A stretch of DNA of 64,000 nt from an uncultured virus (IMG/VR IMGVR_UViG_3300044701_001189) (lineage: Duplodnaviria; Heunggongvirae; Uroviricota; Caudoviricetes), in IMG/VR virus record IMGVR_UViG_3300044701_001189. One strand, 5' to 3'. A program made the translations under genes and the position numbers. Shown here piece after piece: positions 1 to 8,866 of this stretch (position 1 is the first letter of the stretch; the number at the start of each line of letters is the position of its first letter). The notes under the pieces were generated by a model, which ran no database searches, was not told the origin of the DNA, and saw only the letters and a list, made by a program, of their open reading frames with translations.

Positions 1-1431
1 ATTGACTGGATCTGGATTAATGAGACTTGGGGCGGTGTAAAGATTGGACCTAACTATCCTTCACACTGGGGTCTAACAGATCCTGATGGATTCAATCCTA
101 TCTATCTTGGTGTAAATAAAGCAAAACCAGGAAGACTTCAGTTCCAATTTAAAGGAACAGATTCTCTATATGGTTGTAAACTTCCTGTAGAAGGTGCTGT
201 ATTCTCTGATCGTAACACAAGATCGGTATCTCTTGTAGATCTGATGAAGCCTTTTCAGATTGGATATAACATTGTAAACAACCAAATTGCAGATATTCTT
301 GTAGATGAGCTTGGTACAGTTATTATGCTCGATCAGAATGCTTTACCGCGTCACTCTCTGGGAGAAGATTGGGGTAAAAACAATCTAGCAAAAGCATATG
401 TGGCTATGAAGAACTTCCAGATGTTACCTCTGGATACTTCTATCACTAACACAGAAAATGCTCTGAACTTCCAACACTATCAAGTTCTTAGTCTTGAGCA
501 GACTAATCGTTTGATGTCTCGTATTCAACTTGCCAACTACTTTAAAGGGCAAGCGTTTGAAGCTATTGGTATTACTCCACAAAGACTTGGAGAAGCTGTT
601 GAACAGCCTACAGCTACAGGATTGCGTATGGCCATGACAAACTCATATGCACAGACAGAGATGTACTTTGTACAGCACTCTGATCACCTGATGCCTAGAG
701 TACACCAGATGCGTACAGATCTTGCTCAGTACTATCACAGTACCAAGCCATCTATTCGCTTACAGTACATGACTACTGTTGATGAGAAGGTAAACTTTGA
801 GATGAATGGTGTAGATCTTTTGATGCGCGACATCAATATTTTTGCTACAACCAAGACAAATCATAGACAAGTTTTAGAGCAGCTAAAGCAGCTTGCTATG
901 ACAAATAATACTGCTGGTGCAAGTATTTATGATTTAGGCAATATCATCAAAGCTGATAGCATTGCTGAAGTAACCGGTGTTCTTAAAGATGCTGAAGCTA
1001 AACAACAGCAGATGAAAGAATCTGAAATGCAGCAGATGCAGCAGATGAAAGAGCAAGAGATTCAAGCTCGTCAGCAAGAGGCTATGATGAAGATGCAGTT
1101 TGAGCAGGAAGAAGCAGAAAAAGATCGTCAGAAAGATATTACTGTTGCTGAGATCAGATCTGCTGGATACGGAGCTATGCAAGACATCAATAAAAATGAG
1201 GTATCTGACTATCAAGATTTCATGAAAAACATGCGTCAAGAAGATAGATATCAAGAACAGATGAATATGCGTAGAGAAGAAAACGTAAATAAGCGTGCTT
1301 CAGATACTGCAAAACTTGATATAGAAAGAGAGCGTCTGTCTACTCAAAGAGAGATAGCAGATAAGCAACTACAAGTGGCTAGAGAGAATAAGAATAGATT
1401 TGATGTGCAATCTAAGAAAGATTCTAAATAG
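1..1431 (+). CDS. Portal protein, crAss-like (5'-truncated by window edge)
   Basis: Frame 1 is open from base 1 (IDWIWINETWGGVKIG...GCKLPVEG...SLVDLMKPFQIGYNIV), motifs typical of crAss-like portals; Q/E/M-rich coiled-coil C-terminus; lies two genes upstream of the MCP. Confidence 0.85.
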   Translation: MDWIWINETWGGVKIGPNYPSHWGLTDPDGFNPIYLGVNKAKPGRLQFQFKGTDSLYGCKLPVEGAVFSDRNTRSVSLVDLMKPFQIGYNIVNNQIADILVDELGTVIMLDQNALPRHSLGEDWGKNNLAKAYVAMKNFQMLPLDTSITNTENALNFQHYQVLSLEQTNRLMSRIQLANYFKGQAFEAIGITPQRLGEAVEQPTATGLRMAMTNSYAQTEMYFVQHSDHLMPRVHQMRTDLAQYYHSTKPSIRLQYMTTVDEKVNFEMNGVDLLMRDINIFATTKTNHRQVLEQLKQLAMTNNTAGASIYDLGNIIKADSIAEVTGVLKDAEAKQQQMKESEMQQMQQMKEQEIQARQQEAMMKMQFEQEEAEKDRQKDITVAEIRSAGYGAMQDINKNEVSDYQDFMKNMRQEDRYQEQMNMRREENVNKRASDTAKLDIERERLSTQREIADKQLQVARENKNRFDVQSKKDSK

Positions 1432-1522
1432 GAAGTGATCAAATCTTAGCTATATTCTCCGAAAAATTTTACTAAGCATGTATGGATAAACAAATTTTAA
1501 AAGTTTATTTGTAAACAGCTTT

Positions 1523-1538
1523 GTATATTAATAGTGAG
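1523..1538 (+). promoter_or_regulatory. Putative late promoter motif GTATATTAATAGTGAG
   Basis: Copy of the intergenic GTAWATTA motif seen upstream of 7-8 genes. Confidence 0.55.
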
Positions 1539-1560
1539 CTAATACTCAAAACAAACCAAC

Positions 1561-2784
1561 ATGAGTGAAAATAACCAACAAACAACAGTTAGTGAAGTAG
1601 ACATTGATATTGATGCGCTATTTGCAGGAGCACCTGGAGCAGACAGTATCACACTTCCTAACGATGAAGAAAAGAAACCGTCACTTTTCTCTAACGAGAA
1701 ACTTGACACATCGTTCTTAGACAACACAGATTCAAAAGGATCATCTGATGAATCTACTGAAGAAGAGGAGACTGCAGATGATATCATCTCAGATCTAGAT
1801 AATGAAGCTGCTGGCGAAGAAGAGGAGGAAGAAGTAAAGAAAAAAGCAGGCAGACCTCGTAAAGATTCAGTAGGTATTAGTGAAGTGTTCTCTAAGCTTA
1901 TAGAGGATGAACTCTTGATTCCTTTTGACGATGAAAAACCTTTGGAGGAGTACTCTGCAGCTGACTGGAAAGAACTTATTGAAGCAAACTTCAAGGAAGT
2001 AGAAAACAAAGTCAAATCAGAAACTCCAAAAGAGTTCTTTGAAAGTTTACCTGAGGAGCTACAATACGCTGCTCAATACGTTATGAATGGTGGTTCTGAT
2101 CTAAAAGGTTTGTTCAGAGCCCTTTCTACCGTAGAAGAGTATCGTGAGTTAGATCCTCGTAATGAAGGCGACCAAGAGGTAATTGTTCGTGAATATCTAG
2201 TAGCTACCGGTTTTGGTAACACTGAAGATATCGATGAAGAGATTCAGAACTGGAAGGACCTTGGAAGACTTGAGCAGCAAGCTAATAAGTTTAAGCCGAA
2301 GTTGGACAAAATGCAGGAAGAAGTTATTGGACAGAAGCTTGCACAACAAGAACAACTACAGCAGCAACAGCAGCGTGCATCAGAGCAATACATGGAGAAT
2401 GTATATAATGCTTTGAAACCAGGCGAAATCAATGGGATTAAGTTAGATAAGAAGACTCAATCTCAACTTTACGCCGGTCTAGTACAACCAAACTATCCGT
2501 CTATTTCTGGAAAGAGCACAAACCTTTTGGGCCATTTGCTTGAGAAGTATCAGTTTGTAGAACCTAACTACTCTCTTATTTCTGAAGCACTTTGGTTACT
2601 CTCTGATCCTGATGGATATAGAAACAAGATCATGGATGTTGGTAAGACTAAAGCTGTAGAATCTACTGTTAGACAGCTTAAGACTGAACAATCTAAACGC
2701 ATGAGCTCTTCTGTTGCTGATGAAAAAGAGACTAAACCTTCTAGGAAAATAAGTAGACCAGCTAACATATTTAAACGTTTTTAA
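1561..2784 (+). CDS. Acidic scaffolding-like protein (conserved crAss-like gene between portal and MCP)
   Basis: 407 aa; very acidic low-complexity N-terminus, helical Q-rich middle, basic C-terminus; position directly upstream of the MCP. Confidence 0.65.
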   Translation: MSENNQQTTVSEVDIDIDALFAGAPGADSITLPNDEEKKPSLFSNEKLDTSFLDNTDSKGSSDESTEEEETADDIISDLDNEAAGEEEEEEVKKKAGRPRKDSVGISEVFSKLIEDELLIPFDDEKPLEEYSAADWKELIEANFKEVENKVKSETPKEFFESLPEELQYAAQYVMNGGSDLKGLFRALSTVEEYRELDPRNEGDQEVIVREYLVATGFGNTEDIDEEIQNWKDLGRLEQQANKFKPKLDKMQEEVIGQKLAQQEQLQQQQQRASEQYMENVYNALKPGEINGIKLDKKTQSQLYAGLVQPNYPSISGKSTNLLGHLLEKYQFVEPNYSLISEALWLLSDPDGYRNKIMDVGKTKAVESTVRQLKTEQSKRMSSSVADEKETKPSRKISRPANIFKRF

Positions 2785-2810
2785 TCAATCCTTAATTCTA
2801 ATCAAAAACA

Positions 2811-4424
2811 ATGGCAACACCTGTTTTAAACAATGGTATCTTCCTGAGAGACACTGCTTACAAAGCATCCTCTCACGTTGATTCTTATCACTTGGCAAAC
2901 ATGCTGGGTGGTTCTGAACCTACAGACCTTGGTCCTGTAGATCTTTGGGCTATGGCCCAGAAAGTAGAGATGCCTCTCTACCAGATGGCATCTTTTGGTG
3001 GTAAAAACACCATCTCTGTTGATAATGCTCGTGGAGAGTACAAGTGGCAGGTTCCTGTTACTCAAGATCTTCCCTACATTGTAGAGAGCTTGAGCGGTAA
3101 CTTGGGCGCTGATGGCGTACCTTTTACCATTAAGCTGAACAAGCGTGCATTTGGTCACGGTGACATCATCACTTACGACAAGTACAACGGTATGGAAATG
3201 TACATCACTGCAGAAGACATTCTTCCTGCTAATGATGGTTTCGTTTACACTGTTCGTCTTGTAAACAACAACAACAGCGCTTCTCTTGACGCTGCTTTGT
3301 ATCTGAAAGCTGGTACTAAGTTGTTCCGTAAAGGTTCTGCACGTGGTGAGTACGGTGAGCGTTTCTCTGACATCGGAGAATTCGGAACTGGATTCCGTGA
3401 GTTCTACAACTTCGTAGGAGGTGCTGAAGCTCACGTACACTACAGTGTATCTAGCCGTGCTGACTTGATGCTGAAAGGCGGAATGAGAGCTGATGGTACT
3501 GTACCTGTAGTAGAGATCTGGAGAAACTTCGACAAGAACATGGATCCTTCTATCACCAACTTGGAAACAATGGTGCAGAAGATGGGCAAAGACTCTGTAA
3601 AGCGTGCTTTTGAGTCTGGTTCTTTGTCTCGTACTTTCTTGACTTCTATGGAAGCAGCTCACTTGACCAAAATTGCTAACGACATTGAAACTTACCTCAT
3701 GTGGGGTCAGGGTGGTCGCATCAAGCAAGACGGTCCAGATGATCTTCGTCTGTCTGTAGGTTTGTGGAAGCAGCTTGACAACTCATTCAAGCGTATCTAC
3801 AACAAGTCTGGTTTCTCTCTTGACATGTTCAAGGCTGAATTGTACAACTTCTACCAAGGTCGTGTTGAACTGCAAGGTCCAGACCCCAAGCGTCAGATCA
3901 TTGTACAGACTGGTCTGGGTGGTATGAAGCTTGTTAACGAAGCTATCAAGAAGGAAGCTAATGCTTCTGGTCTGTTGATCCGTGCTACTGATATCGGTGC
4001 AGTTAACGGTCAAGCTATGGATCTTAACTTCGGTTTTGCTTACACTAGCTACGTTATTCCTTTCTTGGCAAACGTTAAGTTTGTTTTGAATCCTGCATTC
4101 GACAACCTGCACACCAACGACATTGAGAATCCTTTGATCGACGGTCATCCTTTGAGCTCTTACAGCTTTGTAGTATTTGATGTTACTGAAAACGGTAACG
4201 ACAACATCTACTTGTTGAAGCTTAACTGGGACAATCAGTTGAAGTGGTTCTACCAAAATGGTACTATGGACTACATGGGACGTACTCAAGGTTTCCAGTC
4301 TTCTGGTAACTTTAACGGATACCGTGTATTCATGACTCAAACGATGCCAGCTATCTGGGTTAAAGACGCTACTAAAGTGTTGAAGATCGTTATGAGAAAC
4401 CCAATCACTGGTGGATCATTCTAA
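2811..4424 (+). CDS. Major capsid protein (crAss-like, HK97 fold)
   Basis: 537 aa; strongly biased high-expression codon usage (AAC, TTC, TAC, CGT, GGT); crAss MCP-like N-terminus (DSYHLANML) and YLMWG...GLWKQL segment; followed by a strong hairpin. Confidence 0.85.
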   Translation: MATPVLNNGIFLRDTAYKASSHVDSYHLANMLGGSEPTDLGPVDLWAMAQKVEMPLYQMASFGGKNTISVDNARGEYKWQVPVTQDLPYIVESLSGNLGADGVPFTIKLNKRAFGHGDIITYDKYNGMEMYITAEDILPANDGFVYTVRLVNNNNSASLDAALYLKAGTKLFRKGSARGEYGERFSDIGEFGTGFREFYNFVGGAEAHVHYSVSSRADLMLKGGMRADGTVPVVEIWRNFDKNMDPSITNLETMVQKMGKDSVKRAFESGSLSRTFLTSMEAAHLTKIANDIETYLMWGQGGRIKQDGPDDLRLSVGLWKQLDNSFKRIYNKSGFSLDMFKAELYNFYQGRVELQGPDPKRQIIVQTGLGGMKLVNEAIKKEANASGLLIRATDIGAVNGQAMDLNFGFAYTSYVIPFLANVKFVLNPAFDNLHTNDIENPLIDGHPLSSYSFVVFDVTENGNDNIYLLKLNWDNQLKWFYQNGTMDYMGRTQGFQSSGNFNGYRVFMTQTMPAIWVKDATKVLKIVMRNPITGGSF

Positions 4425-4432
4425 TCATTAAT

Positions 4433-4473
4433 AAGCAAGTGAGGGGGAGTAAAATCCCCCTCTACTTCGCTTT
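4433..4473 (+). terminator. Strong hairpin after the MCP (terminator/attenuator or mRNA-stabilising stem)
   Basis: AAGC-AAGT-GAGGGGGA gtaaaa TCCCCCTC-t-ACTT-c-GCTT; only a short T-run follows. Confidence 0.6.
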
Positions 4474-4474
4474 A

Positions 4475-4556
4475 AGCTGTTACACGCCTGTATCTAAGGA
4501 ACGTATGCCGAAGATAGAGCTGGCAACTCTGGCAGCTACTAAGTTTACCCAAACTT
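4475..4556 (+). ncRNA. Candidate structured RNA element in the MCP 3' intergenic region
   Basis: Closing stem AGCTGTTA/TGGCAGCT (4475-4482/4530-4537) encloses TATCT/AGATA and GAG-CTGGCAA-CTC hairpins; followed by a TAAGTTT-accc-AAACTTA hairpin. Confidence 0.35.
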
Positions 4557-4569
4557 AATTAAACCAACT

Positions 4570-5580
4570 ATGACAACAATTATTGAAAAGTATCAAGAAA
4601 ACAAGAGCAAGCAAATTGCGATTCGTCCTTTCTTTGATGCAAGAAACGAGAACATGGGTCTCGAAAAGTACAGTTTGACACTGTACGACAATGTTTATCA
4701 CGAAGAGCAGCTTGCTTGCTTAGAGTATAACGGTATCAAAAGGTATCTTACAGGATTAAACGAGTTTGCTCCTGATGTGAAAGCTCTTGATCCAGATGCT
4801 CAAAAAGCTAAATCTCAGCATATTAGAGAAGTTGTTTCTCAGCTTGAGAAAGAACTGGCTGCAAATATTATAGATCCTAAGGATCCTGAGTTCTGGAACA
4901 AAGTAAAACTACTTCGTCCTGATAACGACGATTTTTGGGGTAGAATTACTCTTCGTTGTGGTAATGAACCTTTGTATTTAGATCCTAAGAGAGATCCTTA
5001 CGATCTTATTAAGCTTTATGCTATTGAAGCCGGTGGTTTTTCAATTGTTGCAAAAAGTCTTGAGGCTGCTAACAAAGCTCCTAAAGCTCCTAAATTTTAT
5101 CTTGACAAAGTTGAATCTACAGTATCTCACAGAACTGAAATTAGTAAGGTTCGTAACAAAGCGCTTGCAGAGCTTCAAAAGCTTTACGATAAGCATGTAT
5201 CTAAACTATTCTTGGTTGCTAAAGTTCTAGATGTAGATAGCACGCAGTACGTAAAGAGCACTCCTACTGATATTCTTTACGAAAACATGGATGCTTTTAT
5301 CAATGGTCTTTCTGTAGAGAAAGATAAAAAGCGTACTGCACAAATGTTTATTGATGCTGCTGGAGATAGCATGGAGAACCTAAAATTGAGAGCAATTGTT
5401 AAAGATGCTACTAGATACAAGGTAATTGCTGCTAAATCTGACGGATTTATCTATCACATGGAGACTGCTGCTAACATGGGTAGAACTCCTGCAGACGTTG
5501 TAGAGTACCTAAAGAATCCTTTGAATGAAGAAATTCTTATGAAGATGCTCTCAACAGTTGAAAGTTACTGGAATAATTAA
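4570..5580 (+). CDS. Conserved crAss-like head-module protein (gene after MCP)
   Basis: 336-aa ORF directly after the MCP, matching crAss-like gene order; AAACCAAC leader. Confidence 0.6.
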   Translation: MTTIIEKYQENKSKQIAIRPFFDARNENMGLEKYSLTLYDNVYHEEQLACLEYNGIKRYLTGLNEFAPDVKALDPDAQKAKSQHIREVVSQLEKELAANIIDPKDPEFWNKVKLLRPDNDDFWGRITLRCGNEPLYLDPKRDPYDLIKLYAIEAGGFSIVAKSLEAANKAPKAPKFYLDKVESTVSHRTEISKVRNKALAELQKLYDKHVSKLFLVAKVLDVDSTQYVKSTPTDILYENMDAFINGLSVEKDKKRTAQMFIDAAGDSMENLKLRAIVKDATRYKVIAAKSDGFIYHMETAANMGRTPADVVEYLKNPLNEEILMKMLSTVESYWNN

Positions 5581-5591
5581 TAACTTATAGT

Positions 5592-5711
5592 ATGAGCCAG
5601 CAAGGAGACATCGAGGACGCTTTTGCAGATTGGGTAAATGACTTAGAAAAAGCTAAGCAACCAACCTGTAATATTGATAATCCAGAAGATTGTGAAGCTT
5701 GCGGTTCGTAA
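5592..5711 (+). CDS. 39-aa micro-protein ending CNIDNPEDCEACGS (RNR alpha C-terminal tail-like)
   Basis: Hand translation MSQQGDIEDAFADWVNDLEKAKQPTCNIDNPEDCEACGS*; fills the gap between genes ending at 5580 and starting at 5718; below the ORF-track cutoff. Confidence 0.7.
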   Translation: MSQQGDIEDAFADWVNDLEKAKQPTCNIDNPEDCEACGS

Positions 5712-5717
5712 TAAGCT

Positions 5718-6419
5718 ATGAATAACGCTACCCTCCAACTAAAAATTAAACAGCGGCTCAACAAGCTTGCCAGTAACGACTATGATAATATAGAGTGCTG
5801 GCAGATTGTTGAAGCTTTTAATAAAGCTCAGATTGAATGGGTCCGTCGTCAGCTGCATGGTAATAACATGAGTAAAGAAGGTGACGAAGAATCTAAAAGA
5901 CGTGTTGATGATCTTCAACAGCTTCTTGTAGATAGCGTTATGACTGGTAATGATAGAGTTACGTTTTTTGAATCAGATGCTCTTCCTGCCAACTATATGG
6001 AATTTAAGAGAGTATCTGCTTTTGCTAAAGACGAATGCTGCCCTGAAAGAGTTCTTGCAATATATCAAACTGAAGAAGCTGATGTTGATTTGCTTCTTAG
6101 AGATAGATATAAATCGCCAAACTTTGAATGGGCGGAAACATATTGCACTCTTTTAAGTGATCGTATAAGAATCTACACAAATAATAAATTTGAGATTGTT
6201 AGACCTAGACTATACTACTATAGAAAGCCTATCAATATACAGATTTTAAACTGTGTAGACCCGTATACACAAGTTGCTTCTACGTCAGATATAGCTTGTG
6301 AATTTAGAGATGATATAGTTGAACTTTTGATTGATGAAGCTGCCGCTATTCTTGCAGGCGATATCGAGTCAATGATTCAATATCAACGTGGTACAACCTC
6401 AGCAGAAAGAAGTAACTAA
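5718..6419 (+). CDS. Head-tail adaptor / ring protein (conserved crAss-like gene)
   Basis: N-terminal LNKLASND...AFNKAQIEWV and C-terminal YYRKP...ELLIDEAA patterns typical of crAss-like ring proteins; gene order. Confidence 0.6.
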   Translation: MNNATLQLKIKQRLNKLASNDYDNIECWQIVEAFNKAQIEWVRRQLHGNNMSKEGDEESKRRVDDLQQLLVDSVMTGNDRVTFFESDALPANYMEFKRVSAFAKDECCPERVLAIYQTEEADVDLLLRDRYKSPNFEWAETYCTLLSDRIRIYTNNKFEIVRPRLYYYRKPINIQILNCVDPYTQVASTSDIACEFRDDIVELLIDEAAAILAGDIESMIQYQRGTTSAERSN

Positions 6420-6847
6420 TGGAAGCTCCTAAAAAATTAAGTCGCCCAGTCTCATCAGACAAAGCAACACAGGCTATGGGATCTCTGATTTCAGAGATGC
6501 TAATGGCATCAATGCATACACATAAACTTCATCTTAAAGTAAGAAGCACTGGTTCTTATGCCCAGCATAAAGCGCTTCAGGAATTTTATGAAGGAATCCA
6601 AGATCAACTTGACACTCTTGCAGAGCAATATCAAGGTCATAAAATGTTACTTCTTAATATAGGAGAACCAGTTATGAAAAATATTTCTTTGCAGTCGGTG
6701 GAAAATTGTTTGGATTATTTAGATAAATTGTATACATTAATTAGTGAGACACAGTCAATGATGACATGTAGTTCTATCATTAATGAGATGGACAACACGA
6801 AAGGATTGATTAACTCAACCAAGTACAAACTTAAATTTTTGTCTTAA
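6419..6847 (+). CDS. Ferritin/Dps-like four-helix bundle protein (phage DUF5856-like)
   Basis: HKLHL...SYAQHKALQEFYEGIQDQLDTLAEQYQG ferritin-like H/E/D pattern; C-terminal YKLKFL. Confidence 0.7.
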   Translation: MEAPKKLSRPVSSDKATQAMGSLISEMLMASMHTHKLHLKVRSTGSYAQHKALQEFYEGIQDQLDTLAEQYQGHKMLLLNIGEPVMKNISLQSVENCLDYLDKLYTLISETQSMMTCSSIINEMDNTKGLINSTKYKLKFLS

Positions 6848-6879
6848 ACTTTTTCTTATAACCCCAAAAAACAAAAACA

Positions 6880-8043
6880 ATGGCTTATTTTCCCCATGCC
6901 TATCAAAAGCTGCTCTTGGCAAAGAGTGCTGAAGCAGCTTCTGGCGTAGCATCTAGTGCTCTGTCAGCCGGTGAAGTTGGTTTGCTCGATGCTACCACTT
7001 ACCAATCTATTGCAATTGCTACTGCTGCTAACGCTGCTAGTACGCTAACTGCTCCAATGTATGTTCTTGCTCAAGGTAGCTTGCATACAACTGACAAACT
7101 TGGTCCTTTTCACGGAGGTTACAAGGAGTCTGTAAAATCTAAGGGTATTAATCCTAAGTACGTAAGTGCTATTTGGAAATCAGATGCTGCTGCCGAAGTT
7201 GCTGCTACATTGACTGTAGAAGCTGAAGGTGACTGCTTCAAGTGCGGTGTTGAGCGCTATTTGCGTTTGGACATCAAAGGTTCTCCTGCTCTGCGTTTCT
7301 TGGGTCGTAATGCTTACTTTGTAGCTGACTGGACTAACTACTGCTGCGCTACTGGCCAAACTACTGTAGATCCTTACACTGTATTGTCTACTTGGGCTGA
7401 GCAAATTGCTGGTGATCCTTTGGTATCTCCTTTTGTTTCTGCTGTAGTACAAAAGTGGGATACCGTAAATGAGGAGTGGATTTCTTCTGCTGGTCACACA
7501 GTAACTACTTCTAGCCACGGTAAGTTCCGTATCGTTCTTACTGCTAAGACTACTGCTCAAATCTCTACTCACTTTGGTGATGCTGGATTCCGTCCTACGG
7601 ATCACTTTGAGTTGGAGCCCTTGCAGCTTTTTGCATCTGAGCTTGATGAGACCGGAAATCAGTGTAATGTAGCTTGTACTACTATCGCTGCTACTGTAGG
7701 TACTCAGAAAAAAGGTTCTGGTGAGTCTGTTGTTCGTCAGTTGATTTTGAGCAACCGTTACGAGCAAGACCCTTTCCAACAGGATTCAAGAATGCGTGAA
7801 ATTTTGGATGAAGTAGCTTTCAATGTTGATCGCACTGCTTCTTACAACTTGTATCACTTGCTTCACAGCGTACCTCGCAAGAGCAATCCTAGCGGTACTA
7901 TGGATAACGATCAATACTTGATCACAATTGCTGTTCTTTCTACTGACACAACCACTAATACTCGTGTTGACGATATGTTGGTTGATCTTGGTAAAGCTGC
8001 TGGTTTGTTTGCAAATGCGGTACTTAATGTACCTGTAAAGTAA
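6880..8043 (+). CDS. Abundant virion structural protein (auxiliary capsid protein-like)
   Basis: 387 aa, Ala/Thr-rich, MCP-like high-expression codon bias, followed by a terminator; position at the end of the crAss-like head cluster. Confidence 0.55.
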   Translation: MAYFPHAYQKLLLAKSAEAASGVASSALSAGEVGLLDATTYQSIAIATAANAASTLTAPMYVLAQGSLHTTDKLGPFHGGYKESVKSKGINPKYVSAIWKSDAAAEVAATLTVEAEGDCFKCGVERYLRLDIKGSPALRFLGRNAYFVADWTNYCCATGQTTVDPYTVLSTWAEQIAGDPLVSPFVSAVVQKWDTVNEEWISSAGHTVTTSSHGKFRIVLTAKTTAQISTHFGDAGFRPTDHFELEPLQLFASELDETGNQCNVACTTIAATVGTQKKGSGESVVRQLILSNRYEQDPFQQDSRMREILDEVAFNVDRTASYNLYHLLHSVPRKSNPSGTMDNDQYLITIAVLSTDTTTNTRVDDMLVDLGKAAGLFANAVLNVPVK

Positions 8044-8063
8044 TAAACTTTGCAAAAACATTG

Positions 8064-8090
8064 AAGGGGCTGTAAATCAGCCCCTTTTTT
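8064..8090 (+). terminator. Rho-independent terminator
   Basis: AAGGGGCTG-taaat-CAGCCCCTT followed by a T-run. Confidence 0.85.
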
Positions 8091-8115
8091 GTTTTGCAAC
8101 ACTGAGGTTTTTTCA

Positions 8116-8131
8116 GTAAATTATAAGTGAG
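8116..8131 (+). promoter_or_regulatory. Putative late promoter motif GTAAATTATAAGTGAG
   Basis: GTAWATTA copy just after a terminator and upstream of 8167. Confidence 0.55.
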
Positions 8132-8166
8132 CACTGAATATACATTGCTCTATTATTTTATAAATT

Positions 8167-8715
8167 ATGGCATCCAGACACATTCTTAGTTTAGAAGTAC
8201 CTGAAACAGCTAACGAAGCGCTGTTCAGAGTAGTAGATACCAGCACATATGATGTGAATCTGCCGGTAGAGTGTGCTATTCTGCAAATAATGGCTCCAGG
8301 CTTTAATGCCCCTAAAAATATTGATGTTACTCCAGGATTTAATCTTGCTCTTAATGCATGTACTTTGGGTATTCAAACGGTAAACTGTGGAGAAAAGAAT
8401 CAACCTCTTCCAGATGGAGTCTATGTAATCAGATACAGCATCTCTCCTAATGATAAAGCGTGGGTAGAATATAATCATTTGAGAACTACTTCTACTCTTA
8501 CTGCTTATTATAAAAAACTTTCAGAAATTGATCTGTCTCCTTGTGAACCAAGTACAGAGACTAGAAAGATTATGTCTGAAATGAAGTATATAAGAAGTCT
8601 TATAGACGCTGCAAAAGCTAAAGTAGAATATTGCAAGAGTCCTAAAGAAGGTATTGAGCTTCTAACTTATGCAATCAAGAAGCTTAAGTCTTTGGAGTGT
8701 AATACTATGTGTTAA
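8167..8715 (+). CDS. Putative tail hub / structural protein
   Basis: 182 aa; LPDGVYVIRYSI motif recurrent in crAss-like tail proteins; position before the fibre genes. Confidence 0.5.
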   Translation: MASRHILSLEVPETANEALFRVVDTSTYDVNLPVECAILQIMAPGFNAPKNIDVTPGFNLALNACTLGIQTVNCGEKNQPLPDGVYVIRYSISPNDKAWVEYNHLRTTSTLTAYYKKLSEIDLSPCEPSTETRKIMSEMKYIRSLIDAAKAKVEYCKSPKEGIELLTYAIKKLKSLECNTMC

Positions 8716-8732
8716 ACCTAAACAAACCAACT

Positions 8733-8864
8733 ATGACCTGTACTAATTGTGGTAAGCAAATTACTTGCGGTTGCCAAAAAAAGGTAGCATCCAACGGAAA
8801 GCAAGTATGTTCATCCTGCATCACTAGTTACGAGCAACAGATTAAAGAGAGTAAAGCACAGTAA
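8733..8864 (+). CDS. 43-aa six-cysteine micro-protein (metal-binding candidate)
   Basis: Hand translation MTCTNCGKQITCGCQKKVASNGKQVCSSCITSYEQQIKESKAQ*; AAACCAAC leader; stop 2 nt before the next ATG. Confidence 0.7.
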   Translation: MTCTNCGKQITCGCQKKVASNGKQVCSSCITSYEQQIKESKAQ

Positions 8865-8866
8865 AA

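Noticed and set aside
244..1431. ATG 244 as the portal start
   Set aside because: The frame is open from base 1 with portal-like sequence, so the real start lies upstream of the window
4475..4540. tRNA gene
   Set aside because: Has a closing stem and a 7-nt-loop arm, but lacks the TTCRA T-loop, a D-arm and canonical length; kept only as a generic structured element
8777..8783. A-AAA-AAG slippery heptamer in the six-Cys ORF
   Set aside because: The -1 frame reaches a TAG after about 15 codons and joins no downstream gene
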